Origin: an archaeon
GTDB lineage: Archaea; Nanobdellota; Nanobdellia; Pacearchaeales; GW2011-AR1
Length of the DNA stretch: 64,000 nt
Reading direction: 5' to 3'
Assembly: GCA_018653485.1 (NCBI GenBank)
Contig: JABHZE010000006.1
Span: 262,937-326,936 of the forward strand
Position numbers and translations under genes: made by a program. How positions within the stretch are numbered: position 1 is the stretch's first letter; the number at the start of each line of letters is the position of its first letter. Below are positions 18,233-26,134 of this stretch, in pieces. The notes beneath the pieces are model-generated. The model saw only the letters and a program-made list of their open reading frames with translations. It ran no database searches and was not told the origin of the DNA.

Positions 18233-18640
18233 TTAATATCTTGGAAGAGGTCTTGTTCTTGAACCTAACCTCATATCTTTCCTTATTGGATTTAAAGAAG
18301 AAGGATCTTTTATTCTCATTTTTTCTTCTATTAACATTATTCCCTTTGAAATTGTTTTATTTTGATCTAATAATGTATTAACCTTTTCAGCGAGTGCTTT
18401 ATCTTCTGATTCTTCAGGGTGTTTTTCTGCAAAGTTTTTAGCAGATATTTCGAAAACATCAAGTAATTTTGACATGTTTGAGGAAAGCTCATCAAATTTT
18501 AATGATAAATTTGTTAAGACTTTTTGAAGGTTAACAAAATTATCTAATAGTGTTTCATCAAATTCTGACTTAGTCATTTTTTTTGTTTTAGGAGTTTTTT
18601 TAATAGTTTCAGAATTGTTCATCATCTCTTTTTTTGCCAT
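18233..18640 (-). CDS. hypothetical coiled-coil protein
   Basis: 135-aa ORF whose stop is 1 nt from the start of 17575-18231 (operon). No family recognised. Confidence 0.5.
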   Translation of the reverse strand: MAKKEMMNNSETIKKTPKTKKMTKSEFDETLLDNFVNLQKVLTNLSLKFDELSSNMSKLLDVFEISAKNFAEKHPEESEDKALAEKVNTLLDQNKTISKGIMLIEEKMRIKDPSSLNPIRKDMRLGSRTRPLPRY

Positions 18641-18696
18641 GTTAAGTTTAGGAATCTATAATTTATAAAGATTCGGGTTTTGTTTTTTGTAAAATT

Positions 18697-18745
18697 ATTT
18701 TGATTTATTCTCCCTCATTCATAGGGGGAGAAAAATAAAAAATTT
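18697..18745 (+). repeat. copy 2 of the ~48-nt intergenic hairpin element
   Basis: attttgatttattctccctcattcatagggggagaaaaataaaaaattt; compare 7429-7476. Lies just downstream (in the minus-strand sense) of tRNA-Trp. Confidence 0.7.
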
Positions 18746-18765
18746 ATTCTGGTTAGCTTGAAAAA

Positions 18766-18836
18766 TGGGCACGGGGAGAATCGAACTCCCAGCTGTAGGT
18801 CTGGAGCCAACTGTTTTACCATTAAACTACGCACCC
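18766..18836 (-). tRNA. tRNA-Trp(CCA)
   Basis: Reverse complement gggtgcg-ta-gttt-aatggta-aaac-a-gttgg-ctCCAga-cctac-agct-gggag-ttcgatt-ctccc-cgtgccc-a. One U-U mismatch in the anticodon stem and two G-U pairs in the acceptor stem. Confidence 0.85.
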
Positions 18837-18884
18837 ATTACTCTTAGTTTTATTAGAATTATTAGTTTTAAAAAGTTATAGTTT

Positions 18885-19559
18885 TTACTTTATTCTCAAA
18901 ATTTCTCTGATTTCTTCTTCTGACACTGAACAACCTTTATATTTAATCCCATATAACATGGCTTCTAATGCTCTTGGATCTTTTAAATCAAATAATCCTT
19001 TTTTATAGGCTATATAAATTAATTCTGTTGAACGTATTACTTTGAATTGTTTGAAGAATTCATAATTTTTAGAATTGGCTTTGACATTGGTATGTAGTTT
19101 TTTTTGAAGAAGTTTTCTTAAATTTTCAGGATTTTCACATAACATTCTTGTGGTTCTTTCATCTATTGCAATAACTGAATTTTTTTTCATAGATGCTAAA
19201 GCTAATACTTCTGCTTCTCCATGGTGAATTAGGTTAAGCATTTTTCTTTTTGTTTTGAAAGTAGTATTTGCTATATTCATTATTTCATTTGTTTTTTTAT
19301 TAAGTTCTTTTAATTCTGCTTTTGAAAGTTGAGGTGTTTCAATTATTTTATCCTTAAAAAGAGTTTCTAATTGTAATGCTCCTAATTGGAATTTTTTAGT
19401 TGTTTCAGGATAATCCATTGTTTCTTCTTTTACTTTTGAGGGAATTATGAATTTCCCTGGAAATTCTTTTTTTAATCTTCTTAAAAGATGAAGGAGATTA
19501 TTCATTGAAAAGTTTATCAAAGGTCCTGAGTCAAATATGAGGTATTTTTCGTTGTTCAT
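18885..19559 (-). CDS. PIN-domain protein (COG2405/DUF3368-like), enlarged
   Basis: N-terminus YLIFDSGPLINFSMNNLLHLLRRL...IIPSKVKEE, plus HHGEAEVLALAS and VIAIDERTTR, match the acidic-residue layout of DUF3368-type PIN nucleases. 224 aa is longer than typical toxins. Confidence 0.6.
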   Translation of the reverse strand: MNNEKYLIFDSGPLINFSMNNLLHLLRRLKKEFPGKFIIPSKVKEETMDYPETTKKFQLGALQLETLFKDKIIETPQLSKAELKELNKKTNEIMNIANTTFKTKRKMLNLIHHGEAEVLALASMKKNSVIAIDERTTRMLCENPENLRKLLQKKLHTNVKANSKNYEFFKQFKVIRSTELIYIAYKKGLFDLKDPRALEAMLYGIKYKGCSVSEEEIREILRIK

Positions 19560-20116
19560 TTGAAAATTTCCTCTGCGATTTTAATTCTTTGTTTTATTGG
19601 CATTGTTACTGCTAAATTTACATCTGCTATTCTTGTTGTTCCAACATATTCTGATAATTCCCAGATAGATACTCCTAGAATTTTAGCTGTTTTTTCCATA
19701 GAAATACCGTGTTCATATAATCTTGAGGCTTTGTTTATCTTTGCTCTTCTAAAAACTTCACTAATGTATTTTTTTAAATCTCCTGTAAGGGTATTTATTA
19801 GGGTTCTATTTTCATTTATTTCTTTTCTAAACTCTTCGATATTTTCTGATTCAAGTGTTTTAATCATATCATCAATATTGCTAGTAAAATTATTATAAAA
19901 TTTATTCCAATTTTTTCTTTCTTGATAATCTTTTCTTTCTACTAATTTGCTTAATGTGTAAATTATTACTGTTAAGGCAACTATGTCTGGGTCTTGATTA
20001 ATTGATGCATGATGAATTAATTTATTACTCAAATGCCTTATTTTATCATTCTTTTTTTCTTTAAGTGCTTTAGAAGTTTCTTTTAAAATTTTTAAGATAT
20101 GAGTTGTTTCTTCCAT
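19556..20116 (-). CDS. helical protein with C-terminal UPF0175-like HTH (candidate antitoxin/regulator)
   Basis: C-terminus ASRLYEHGISMEKTAKILGVSIWELSEYVG resembles UPF0175 antitoxins, which pair with DUF3368 PIN toxins. A 4-nt ATGA overlap with the downstream PIN gene. Confidence 0.5.
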   Translation of the reverse strand: MEETTHILKILKETSKALKEKKNDKIRHLSNKLIHHASINQDPDIVALTVIIYTLSKLVERKDYQERKNWNKFYNNFTSNIDDMIKTLESENIEEFRKEINENRTLINTLTGDLKKYISEVFRRAKINKASRLYEHGISMEKTAKILGVSIWELSEYVGTTRIADVNLAVTMPIKQRIKIAEEIFK

Positions 20117-20220
20117 TATTTATGTACCTTTTTTGTTCTTATTTAGACAACTCTTTTAAGTTATTTAAATCTATAGAAATTTTTGCTAGATTTTTTAAAC
20201 TATGATTTCCTCTTTTAATA

Positions 20221-20601
20221 ATGGGAAAAGTAATATTGGATACTAACTTTGTGATTTATTGCGCTAAGAATAAATTAGATTATGTTGAAGAGATAAGACA
20301 TTTATTAAATGAGGATTATGAATTAGTTGTTCCTAAACAGGTTATTCAAGAACTTAAGAGATTAAAGGTTAGGACTAAAAAGGGTAAGGATAAGGTTGCT
20401 TCGGATTTAGCATTAAAATTATTAAAACATAATCAAGTAAAGGAAGTTTCTGTTAAAGGAAAGAGTGTTGATGATGGGATAATTAATCTTTCTAATGAAA
20501 ATAAGAAAAATATTGTTGCTACATTAGATAGAGAAATGAGAGGTATTTTAGGAAGAGTTATTTTAATAAGTCGCGGAAAGAAATTGATTATTACTAAATA
20601 A
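20221..20601 (+). CDS. Fcf1/Utp24-like PIN-domain nuclease (archaeal rRNA-processing PIN)
   Basis: 126 aa with VILDTNFVIY, VVPKQVIQELKRL and IVATLDREMR. Its position upstream of rpoE'/spt4 is typical for archaea. Confidence 0.7.
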   Translation: MGKVILDTNFVIYCAKNKLDYVEEIRHLLNEDYELVVPKQVIQELKRLKVRTKKGKDKVASDLALKLLKHNQVKEVSVKGKSVDDGIINLSNENKKNIVATLDREMRGILGRVILISRGKKLIITK

Positions 20602-20602
20602 T

Positions 20603-21010
20603 TTAATCATTAAACAATGTTTCTTCATCTGAATTTTTAATTTTTTTAAAGATTCTTGGTTTAACTTCAATTAGATTAAATTTACTATCTGATGTGATAT
20701 GCCTACAAATTTCATCTGAAAAGGTTTCATAGGTGATAAAACTGATAGCAGAGATTTCTGCGAATTTCTTTAATTCTTCAGAAATACTAAAGATTATTGG
20801 AGTGTCTTTTTCTATTTTTAACAATAATGAAAGATTTCTATTTGGTAATTCAATTAGGGATTCTCCTAATATTAATTCTCCATGTTCTGAATTTGCTTCA
20901 TAACTCCAAGATTTATCGTCGGTTTCGATGATTCTTGCTACTTCAAAGATCCCTGATTCTTTTTCAATTAATAAGTGAGGATTGGTATTAAACACCTTTA
21001 TTTTTTTCAT
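20603..21010 (-). CDS. hypothetical protein
   Basis: 135-aa ORF. No motif recognised. Confidence 0.45.
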   Translation of the reverse strand: MKKIKVFNTNPHLLIEKESGIFEVARIIETDDKSWSYEANSEHGELILGESLIELPNRNLSLLLKIEKDTPIIFSISEELKKFAEISAISFITYETFSDEICRHITSDSKFNLIEVKPRIFKKIKNSDEETLFND

Positions 21011-21098
21011 GTCTTTTTTAGTATGTGTTTGATTTTATAAATTTTGCTATATTCTTTCAATATTCATCCATTTTCTGAGATTTTTCACTTTCAAAAAC

Positions 21099-21106
21099 TT
21101 TATAAA
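21099..21106 (+). promoter_or_regulatory. TATA-box candidate for rpoE'
   Basis: tttataaa ends about 24 nt upstream of the ATG at 21131. Confidence 0.5.
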
Positions 21107-21130
21107 CACACTTTTTTTAGTAATTTTACA

Positions 21131-21709
21131 ATGTTCTATATAGTTGAAGTTGAAGATTATGTTAGAGTAGAACCAAGGTTATTTGGGCTTAAGACTAGCG
21201 ATGCTGTTGCTAAACAACTTCAAGAGATTTATGAAAATTACCATGATAAGGAAATTGGAGAGGTTATTGGTATAATCTCTGTTTTAGAAGTAGGGGACGG
21301 AGTTATAATCCCAGGTGATGGTGCTGCCTATTATAATTCAAGGTTTAAATTGATTGTATGGAGACCAGAATTACAAGAACTTGTTTATGGTCTTGTAGAA
21401 GAGATTACTAATTTTGGTGCTTTTATGAACTTAGGAGTTATGAAGGGTATGATTCATATAAGTCAAACAATGGATGATTATGTAAGTTTTTCAACAACAA
21501 GTACATTATTAGGAAAAGATTCAAAAAGAGTTTTGAAAAAGAAAGACGCTTGTTTAGCTAGAACTGTTGCAGTTTCTTATAAGGGAGATGATCCTAAAAT
21601 TGGTTTAACTATGAGGCAACCTGGATTAGGGAAATTAGATTGGATAAAAGAAGAAAAAAAGAAAGCTAAAGCAGGTATTAAAAAAATTGTTAAGAGTGAG
21701 AAGAAATAA
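21131..21709 (+). CDS. rpoE: DNA-directed RNA polymerase subunit E' (Rpo7) with S1 domain
   Basis: MFYIVEVEDYVRVEPRLFG... followed by the S1 fold (GLVEEITNFGAFMNLGVMKGMIHISQ). The track ORF start at 21044 lies upstream of the TATA box, so the ATG at 21131 is preferred. Confidence 0.9.
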   Translation: MFYIVEVEDYVRVEPRLFGLKTSDAVAKQLQEIYENYHDKEIGEVIGIISVLEVGDGVIIPGDGAAYYNSRFKLIVWRPELQELVYGLVEEITNFGAFMNLGVMKGMIHISQTMDDYVSFSTTSTLLGKDSKRVLKKKDACLARTVAVSYKGDDPKIGLTMRQPGLGKLDWIKEEKKKAKAGIKKIVKSEKK

Positions 21710-21894
21710 TGGCAAAAGAAAAAGCTTGTAAAACTTGTAAATTAATTTATGAAGGTAGTGTTTGCCCAAGTTGTGATAAGAAAGATGTTTCAGAAAATTT
21801 TAAGGGAAAAATTGAAATTGTTAATCCTGAAAAATCTGAAGTGGGTAAAGAATTAAAAATTACTAAAGAAGGATTATATGCTATTAAATTATAA
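21709..21894 (+). CDS. spt4: transcription elongation factor Spt4 (RpoE'')
   Basis: 61 aa with zinc ribbon CKTC...CPSC, then FKGKIEIVNPEKSEVGKELKITKEGLYAIKL. The start overlaps the rpoE stop. Confidence 0.85.
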   Translation: MAKEKACKTCKLIYEGSVCPSCDKKDVSENFKGKIEIVNPEKSEVGKELKITKEGLYAIKL

Positions 21895-21929
21895 GTAATT
21901 TTAAAAATTGATTGTGATATTTTAATAAA

Positions 21930-22433
21930 ATGGATATTAAAAAAGATTTAAAAAATGAATTGTTTAAAAGACAAGAACTAGAGATAGTTATTGAAAATGA
22001 TAAAAATTTAAGTTTTGATGAAGTTAGAAAAATGATTTCTGAGGAATTAGGAAAACCTGAAGAAAATATAGATGTTTTTAATATTCTTAATGGATTTGGA
22101 AGAAATGTTTTTATTGTAAGAGCGCATGTTTATGATAGTGTTGAAGATAAGAATAAAATTCTTAATATGAAGAAAACAAAAAAACAAAAGAAAGAAGAAG
22201 CTAAGGCTGTTGAGGAAGCTAAGAAGGCTGAAGAAAAACCTGTTGAAGAAAAAACTAATGGCGCAGAAGCTGTTGATAAACCTGAGCAAGTAGAAGAGAA
22301 AGGTTCAGAAAAAGATTCTAAGGCTAGTAAGGATGCTCCTGTTGAAGAAAAACCAGAAGATGAGGCAAAAGGGGAAGATGTTTCAGAACAAAATTCTGAA
22401 GATTCTAAAAATGCAGAAGAAAGTAAGGAATAA
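21930..22433 (+). CDS. rps24e: 30S ribosomal protein S24e with Lys/Glu-rich C-terminal extension
   Basis: NELFKRQELEIVIENDKNLSFDEVRKMISEELGKPEENIDVFNILNGFGRNVFIVRAHVYDSVED fits the S24e pattern. A ~80-aa acidic/lysine tail is appended. Confidence 0.8.
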   Translation: MDIKKDLKNELFKRQELEIVIENDKNLSFDEVRKMISEELGKPEENIDVFNILNGFGRNVFIVRAHVYDSVEDKNKILNMKKTKKQKKEEAKAVEEAKKAEEKPVEEKTNGAEAVDKPEQVEEKGSEKDSKASKDAPVEEKPEDEAKGEDVSEQNSEDSKNAEESKE

Positions 22434-22495
22434 TTTTTTAGATATTTTTTAAATTTAGGATATAATTTATATAGTTTATTTTTATTAATTATATT

Positions 22496-24616
22496 ATGGA
22501 AAAGAGGTTTAGGTTAGGTATAGTTTTTAGTGTAATCTTATTATTTATGATTATTAATATTAATTTAAGTTTTGCAGAAGTTGTTGAAGATGAATTTGGG
22601 AGAGAGTATTCTGGTTATATTATTGAATTTGAAGATGATTCTATCCTTGAGAGAAAAAGTGAAGTAGATGAGGTTGCATTAGAGAATGAAAATTATATTG
22701 ATAATGCATTTATCTTGAATCCTATTGCATTATATAAAAGGATTTTCTCAATTAGGGAAGGAGATGTGGATAGAATTGTTAAGGATTATTCTAAGGATTT
22801 AGATATTAAGAATGATAAGATTAAAGAGAATGTTTTGAAAGAGGGTTTTGTTTCTATGAATGAATTTAAAAATGTTTTTAATGGGATAAGTTTGAATATT
22901 AGTGATAATGAAGCAGAGGAGATTAAACAGATTCCAGGAGTTAAGAGAGTTTATAAAAATTTAAAAGTAAAGCCTTTGCTTGATTCTTCTGTTTCTTATT
23001 TAGGGGTTGATGAATATTGGGATAAAAATATTCATGGAGGAGATTGTGATGGAGAGGATTGTTTAGATGGTAGTGGAGTAAGTGTGGCTATTATTGATAC
23101 TGGTTTAAGTTATGATCATCCTGATTTCGGTGAATGTAATGATGCTGAGTTCTTAGCAGGAAATTGTGAAAGAGTTAAGGGAGGGTATGATTTTGTTAAT
23201 GATGATGCTATTCCTGAAGATAAGTATGATGGGCATGGGACTCATGTTGCAGGAATTGTTGGTGCTGATGGAGTTATGAAAGGAGTTGCTCCTGGAGTAG
23301 ATTTTTATGCTTATAAGGTTTTAACAATGGCGGGAGGAGAGTTAGATCATCTTGTTGCAGGAATTAATAGGGCTATGGATCCTAATAATGATGGTGATTT
23401 TAGTGATAGGATAGATATTATTAGTATGAGTTTGGGTACTGATTGTAATGGAGTTTATAATCTTGATTGCGGACCTGAAGATGCAATTAGTTCTGCTGTT
23501 TTAGATGCGATTAATGCTGGTTCAATTGTTGTTGTTTCAGCAGGTAATGATGGGCCTGAACCTGGAACAATTACTTCTCCTGCTGTTTTAGATGAAATAA
23601 TAAGTGTTGGAGCACATTATAATAATGATAATGCAGGAGTTAATTCTAATCTTGTGGTGGTAGGAAGTGGAAGAAATATTGTTTCTTTTCCATTGACTAA
23701 AGTTACTTCCGAGGAATTGAATGGGGAAGTGGTTAATGTTGGGGAAGGAGAATCTGAGGATTATGTTGGTAAAAATGTTGAAGGAAAAATTGTTTTAATA
23801 AGTATTAATAAAGGGGAATTATTCTTTAGTAAAATTTATGAAGCAGAAAAAAATGAAGCCATAGGGGTTATATTTTATAGAACTTCTATGAATGAAATTG
23901 AAAGACATTATGTTGGACAACATATTCCTAGTGTTTTTATTGGGAAAGATGATGGTTTGTTTTTGGCAAGTAGAACAAATGATGTTGTTAAGATAAATAT
24001 TGAAAATAGCCCTAATGCTGTTGCATATTTTAGTTCTAGAGGGCCTGTGAATTATGACGGAGATAGTTATTCTAAACCTGATATTTTAGCTCCCGGAGTC
24101 TCTATAACTTCTTCAAATGCCTTATGGTTGTTGGGGGGAAGTTATCCTAATTGGGAATATCATGTTTCATGGTCTGGAACAAGTATGGCTGCACCTCATG
24201 TTAGTGGAGTTATTGCATTAATTAAACAAATGAATCCAGATATAACTCATAAGGAAGTTAAGGAATTGTTAATGGGAAATGCTAAAGAAATTTCTGGTGT
24301 TGATGTTAATTCCCAAGGGGCGGGAATGATTAATTTTGAAGGTTTAATTAAATTTAAAGAAAATTCTAGGGTAATTAATTCAGGTAATAGTTTATCTGGA
24401 AATTTAATTATTCGTTTAGAAAAATTTGAAAGTAATAATTGGTTAATTCAAGATAGTTTTTCTCAACAAATAGTTGTGGAGGAAAATTTTGATTTAAGGG
24501 AATTTTGGAATTCTGAAGATATTGGTGCAGATGAACCTGGATTATATAGGGTTCAGGTAATCTTTGTGACTGAGAGGGGAATTGCTAGTTCAGATTATGA
24601 GTTTATAGTGGAATGA
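22496..24616 (+). CDS. secreted subtilisin-like serine protease (S8) with PA-domain insert
   Basis: Signal peptide, then catalytic triad motifs VAIIDTGLSYDHPDF (Asp), HGTHVAGIVGA (His) and GTSMAAPHVSGVIALI (Ser). A PA-like insert (GKNVEGKIVLIS...) lies between His and Ser. Confidence 0.9.
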   Translation: MEKRFRLGIVFSVILLFMIININLSFAEVVEDEFGREYSGYIIEFEDDSILERKSEVDEVALENENYIDNAFILNPIALYKRIFSIREGDVDRIVKDYSKDLDIKNDKIKENVLKEGFVSMNEFKNVFNGISLNISDNEAEEIKQIPGVKRVYKNLKVKPLLDSSVSYLGVDEYWDKNIHGGDCDGEDCLDGSGVSVAIIDTGLSYDHPDFGECNDAEFLAGNCERVKGGYDFVNDDAIPEDKYDGHGTHVAGIVGADGVMKGVAPGVDFYAYKVLTMAGGELDHLVAGINRAMDPNNDGDFSDRIDIISMSLGTDCNGVYNLDCGPEDAISSAVLDAINAGSIVVVSAGNDGPEPGTITSPAVLDEIISVGAHYNNDNAGVNSNLVVVGSGRNIVSFPLTKVTSEELNGEVVNVGEGESEDYVGKNVEGKIVLISINKGELFFSKIYEAEKNEAIGVIFYRTSMNEIERHYVGQHIPSVFIGKDDGLFLASRTNDVVKINIENSPNAVAYFSSRGPVNYDGDSYSKPDILAPGVSITSSNALWLLGGSYPNWEYHVSWSGTSMAAPHVSGVIALIKQMNPDITHKEVKELLMGNAKEISGVDVNSQGAGMINFEGLIKFKENSRVINSGNSLSGNLIIRLEKFESNNWLIQDSFSQQIVVEENFDLREFWNSEDIGADEPGLYRVQVIFVTERGIASSDYEFIVE

Positions 24617-24678
24617 ATTATAGAATAGTTTTTAATGATAGAATAGTTTTTAAATTAAAAAGTGTTTAATAAGACATA

Positions 24679-24855
24679 ATGAAAAAGAAAAAAGTTGAAA
24701 AGGGTTTTAAAGGAAATTTGAAAAAAGAAATTTTGGAAGCTGAAAAATGGATGCATGAAAGAAAAAGATTTTTGATTAAATTAGCATGGGTTGTTGGTTT
24801 TATAACTATTTTATTAATTTTTTCTAATTTTTATCTGAATGTAAAAGGTGTTTGA
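24679..24855 (+). CDS. candidate 58-aa tail-anchored membrane protein
   Basis: Below the ORF-track cutoff. Encodes MKKKKVEKGFKGNLKKEILEAEKWMHERKRFLIKLAWVVGFITILLIFSNFYLNVKGV. Confidence 0.3.
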   Translation: MKKKKVEKGFKGNLKKEILEAEKWMHERKRFLIKLAWVVGFITILLIFSNFYLNVKGV

Positions 24856-24899
24856 AATTGATTCAAAACCTTTAAAAACTCTAATTCTAGTCTATTTTT

Positions 24900-25115
24900 A
24901 TGGGAAAGAAGAAAGAAGCAAAAGGAAAGAAACCTGCAAAGAACAAGCCTACTTCTAAGAAGTATTCTAAATATAAGATTGAAGGAGATAAAATTGTTTC
25001 AAAGGCAAAGAGTTGTCCAAGATGTGGTCCAGGTGTTTTTTTAATGGAAGCTAAGGATAGAGTGTATTGTGGAAAATGCAGATATACTGAGTTTTTAGGA
25101 AAGAGTTCTGAGTAA
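24900..25115 (+). CDS. rps27ae: 30S ribosomal protein S27ae
   Basis: Basic N-terminus plus zinc ribbon [27 protein letters not shown]. Confidence 0.9.
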   Translation: MGKKKEAKGKKPAKNKPTSKKYSKYKIEGDKIVSKAKSCPRCGPGVFLMEAKDRVYCGKCRYTEFLGKSSE

Positions 25116-25134
25116 GGTTTTGGAGATTATTAAG

Positions 25135-25308
25135 ATGTTATGTAAATGTGGAAATGAAATTAAGATTAGAATGGGTGCGAGAGTTGATTGTGATGGGTGT
25201 AAGATTTTAACTTCTATGACAACTATAATAACTGCAGAATGTAGTAAATGTGGTGAAAGATTTCAAGTTCCTGTTTCTAGTAGTAATTATATTATGAACG
25301 AAAAATAA
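25135..25308 (+). CDS. small zinc-ribbon protein
   Basis: MLCKCGNE...CDGC...CSKCGERF contains CxC/CxxC pairs. ATG at 25135 is preferred to the TTG at 25120. Confidence 0.5.
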   Translation: MLCKCGNEIKIRMGARVDCDGCKILTSMTTIITAECSKCGERFQVPVSSSNYIMNEK

Positions 25309-25327
25309 TCTGTTGTTATTCTAAAGA

Positions 25328-25335
25328 TTTATAAG
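25328..25335 (+). promoter_or_regulatory. TATA-box candidate for 25357 CDS
   Basis: tttataag ends 21 nt upstream of the ATG. Confidence 0.4.
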
Positions 25336-25356
25336 TTTAGTTATTTATTAATATTT

Positions 25357-25845
25357 ATGGTAGAAAAAGAGGCTAGTCCTGCACCAATTGAAGATGTAGC
25401 TGAGAGTTCTGAACCAAGTTCAGAACCTGGTGAAGAATCAAATCCTGCAGATGAAGGAGGTTCGAAATTTAGTTTAAAAAATTTAGTTTCAAAATTAAAT
25501 GTTTGGAAGGGTTCTTCTAAGATAACAAAGATTTTGATTGTCTTATTTATTGTGATTATTGTAGCTGGTTTAATTGGATTTTTCTTTTTTAATCCTTTTG
25601 CAAAAGAAGGAGATGTAGAGAATGATAATTTAAGTGAGGGTAATATTGAACTTTTTCTTCAAAGATGTGGTAATTCTTGCGGAGGTTTTTGTGCGAGTAT
25701 TGCCGGGATTTATGATGGACAAGTTAGTGTTGAGGGTGCTGAACCTAATGAATGTTTTTGTAGTTGTGGGATTATTGGGTGGGCTTATTTTAATATCAAT
25801 ACTGGAGAAGAAATAGTAAAAGATAATGTTGGAAGTTTTTCTTAG
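25357..25845 (+). CDS. membrane-anchored Cys-rich protein with acidic N-terminus
   Basis: 162 aa with TM helix ILIVLFIVIIVAGLIGFFFF, then CGNSCGGFCAS...CFCSCG. Confidence 0.55.
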   Translation: MVEKEASPAPIEDVAESSEPSSEPGEESNPADEGGSKFSLKNLVSKLNVWKGSSKITKILIVLFIVIIVAGLIGFFFFNPFAKEGDVENDNLSEGNIELFLQRCGNSCGGFCASIAGIYDGQVSVEGAEPNECFCSCGIIGWAYFNINTGEEIVKDNVGSFS

Positions 25846-26134
25846 AAGGTTGAGAGAGATAATTGATTAGAGGATAATTAATAATTCAGTGCCCCATTCT
25901 AGAAGGGATTAAATTACTAATTTAGTCATAAAAGATTATAAACCCGAGAAAAGCCGGTGTCACACAAAAAAGTATGTCCTGACTCTTCTGGGGAAAAAGA
26001 GGTGATAGTATATGTAGTGAATAGAAGTATATAAAGCTTTCGGTGTGTCGTAACTGCTAAATGACACTAGTGTTTTTGTGTTTTGATTATAGTTAGATTT
26101 GTAGAGTAGTGTTTATAAGGTTAATTGTTTTTGA

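Noticed and set aside
21044-21130. N-terminal extension of rpoE' proposed by the ORF track (MLYSFNIHPFSEIFHFQKLYKHTFFSNFT).
   Set aside because: The extension includes the TATA box at 21099-21106 and has no similarity to Rpo7 N-termini. The conserved protein begins at MFYIVEVEDY (21131).
25861-26100. Attempt to identify the ORF-free region as SRP RNA, RNase P RNA or a box C/D sRNA.
   Set aside because: I found no conserved signature motifs: no GGAAAGUCC-type P4 sequence, no clear RUGAUGA/CUGA box pairs, and no SRP helix-8 motif. It is kept only as a low-confidence 'possible ncRNA' finding.
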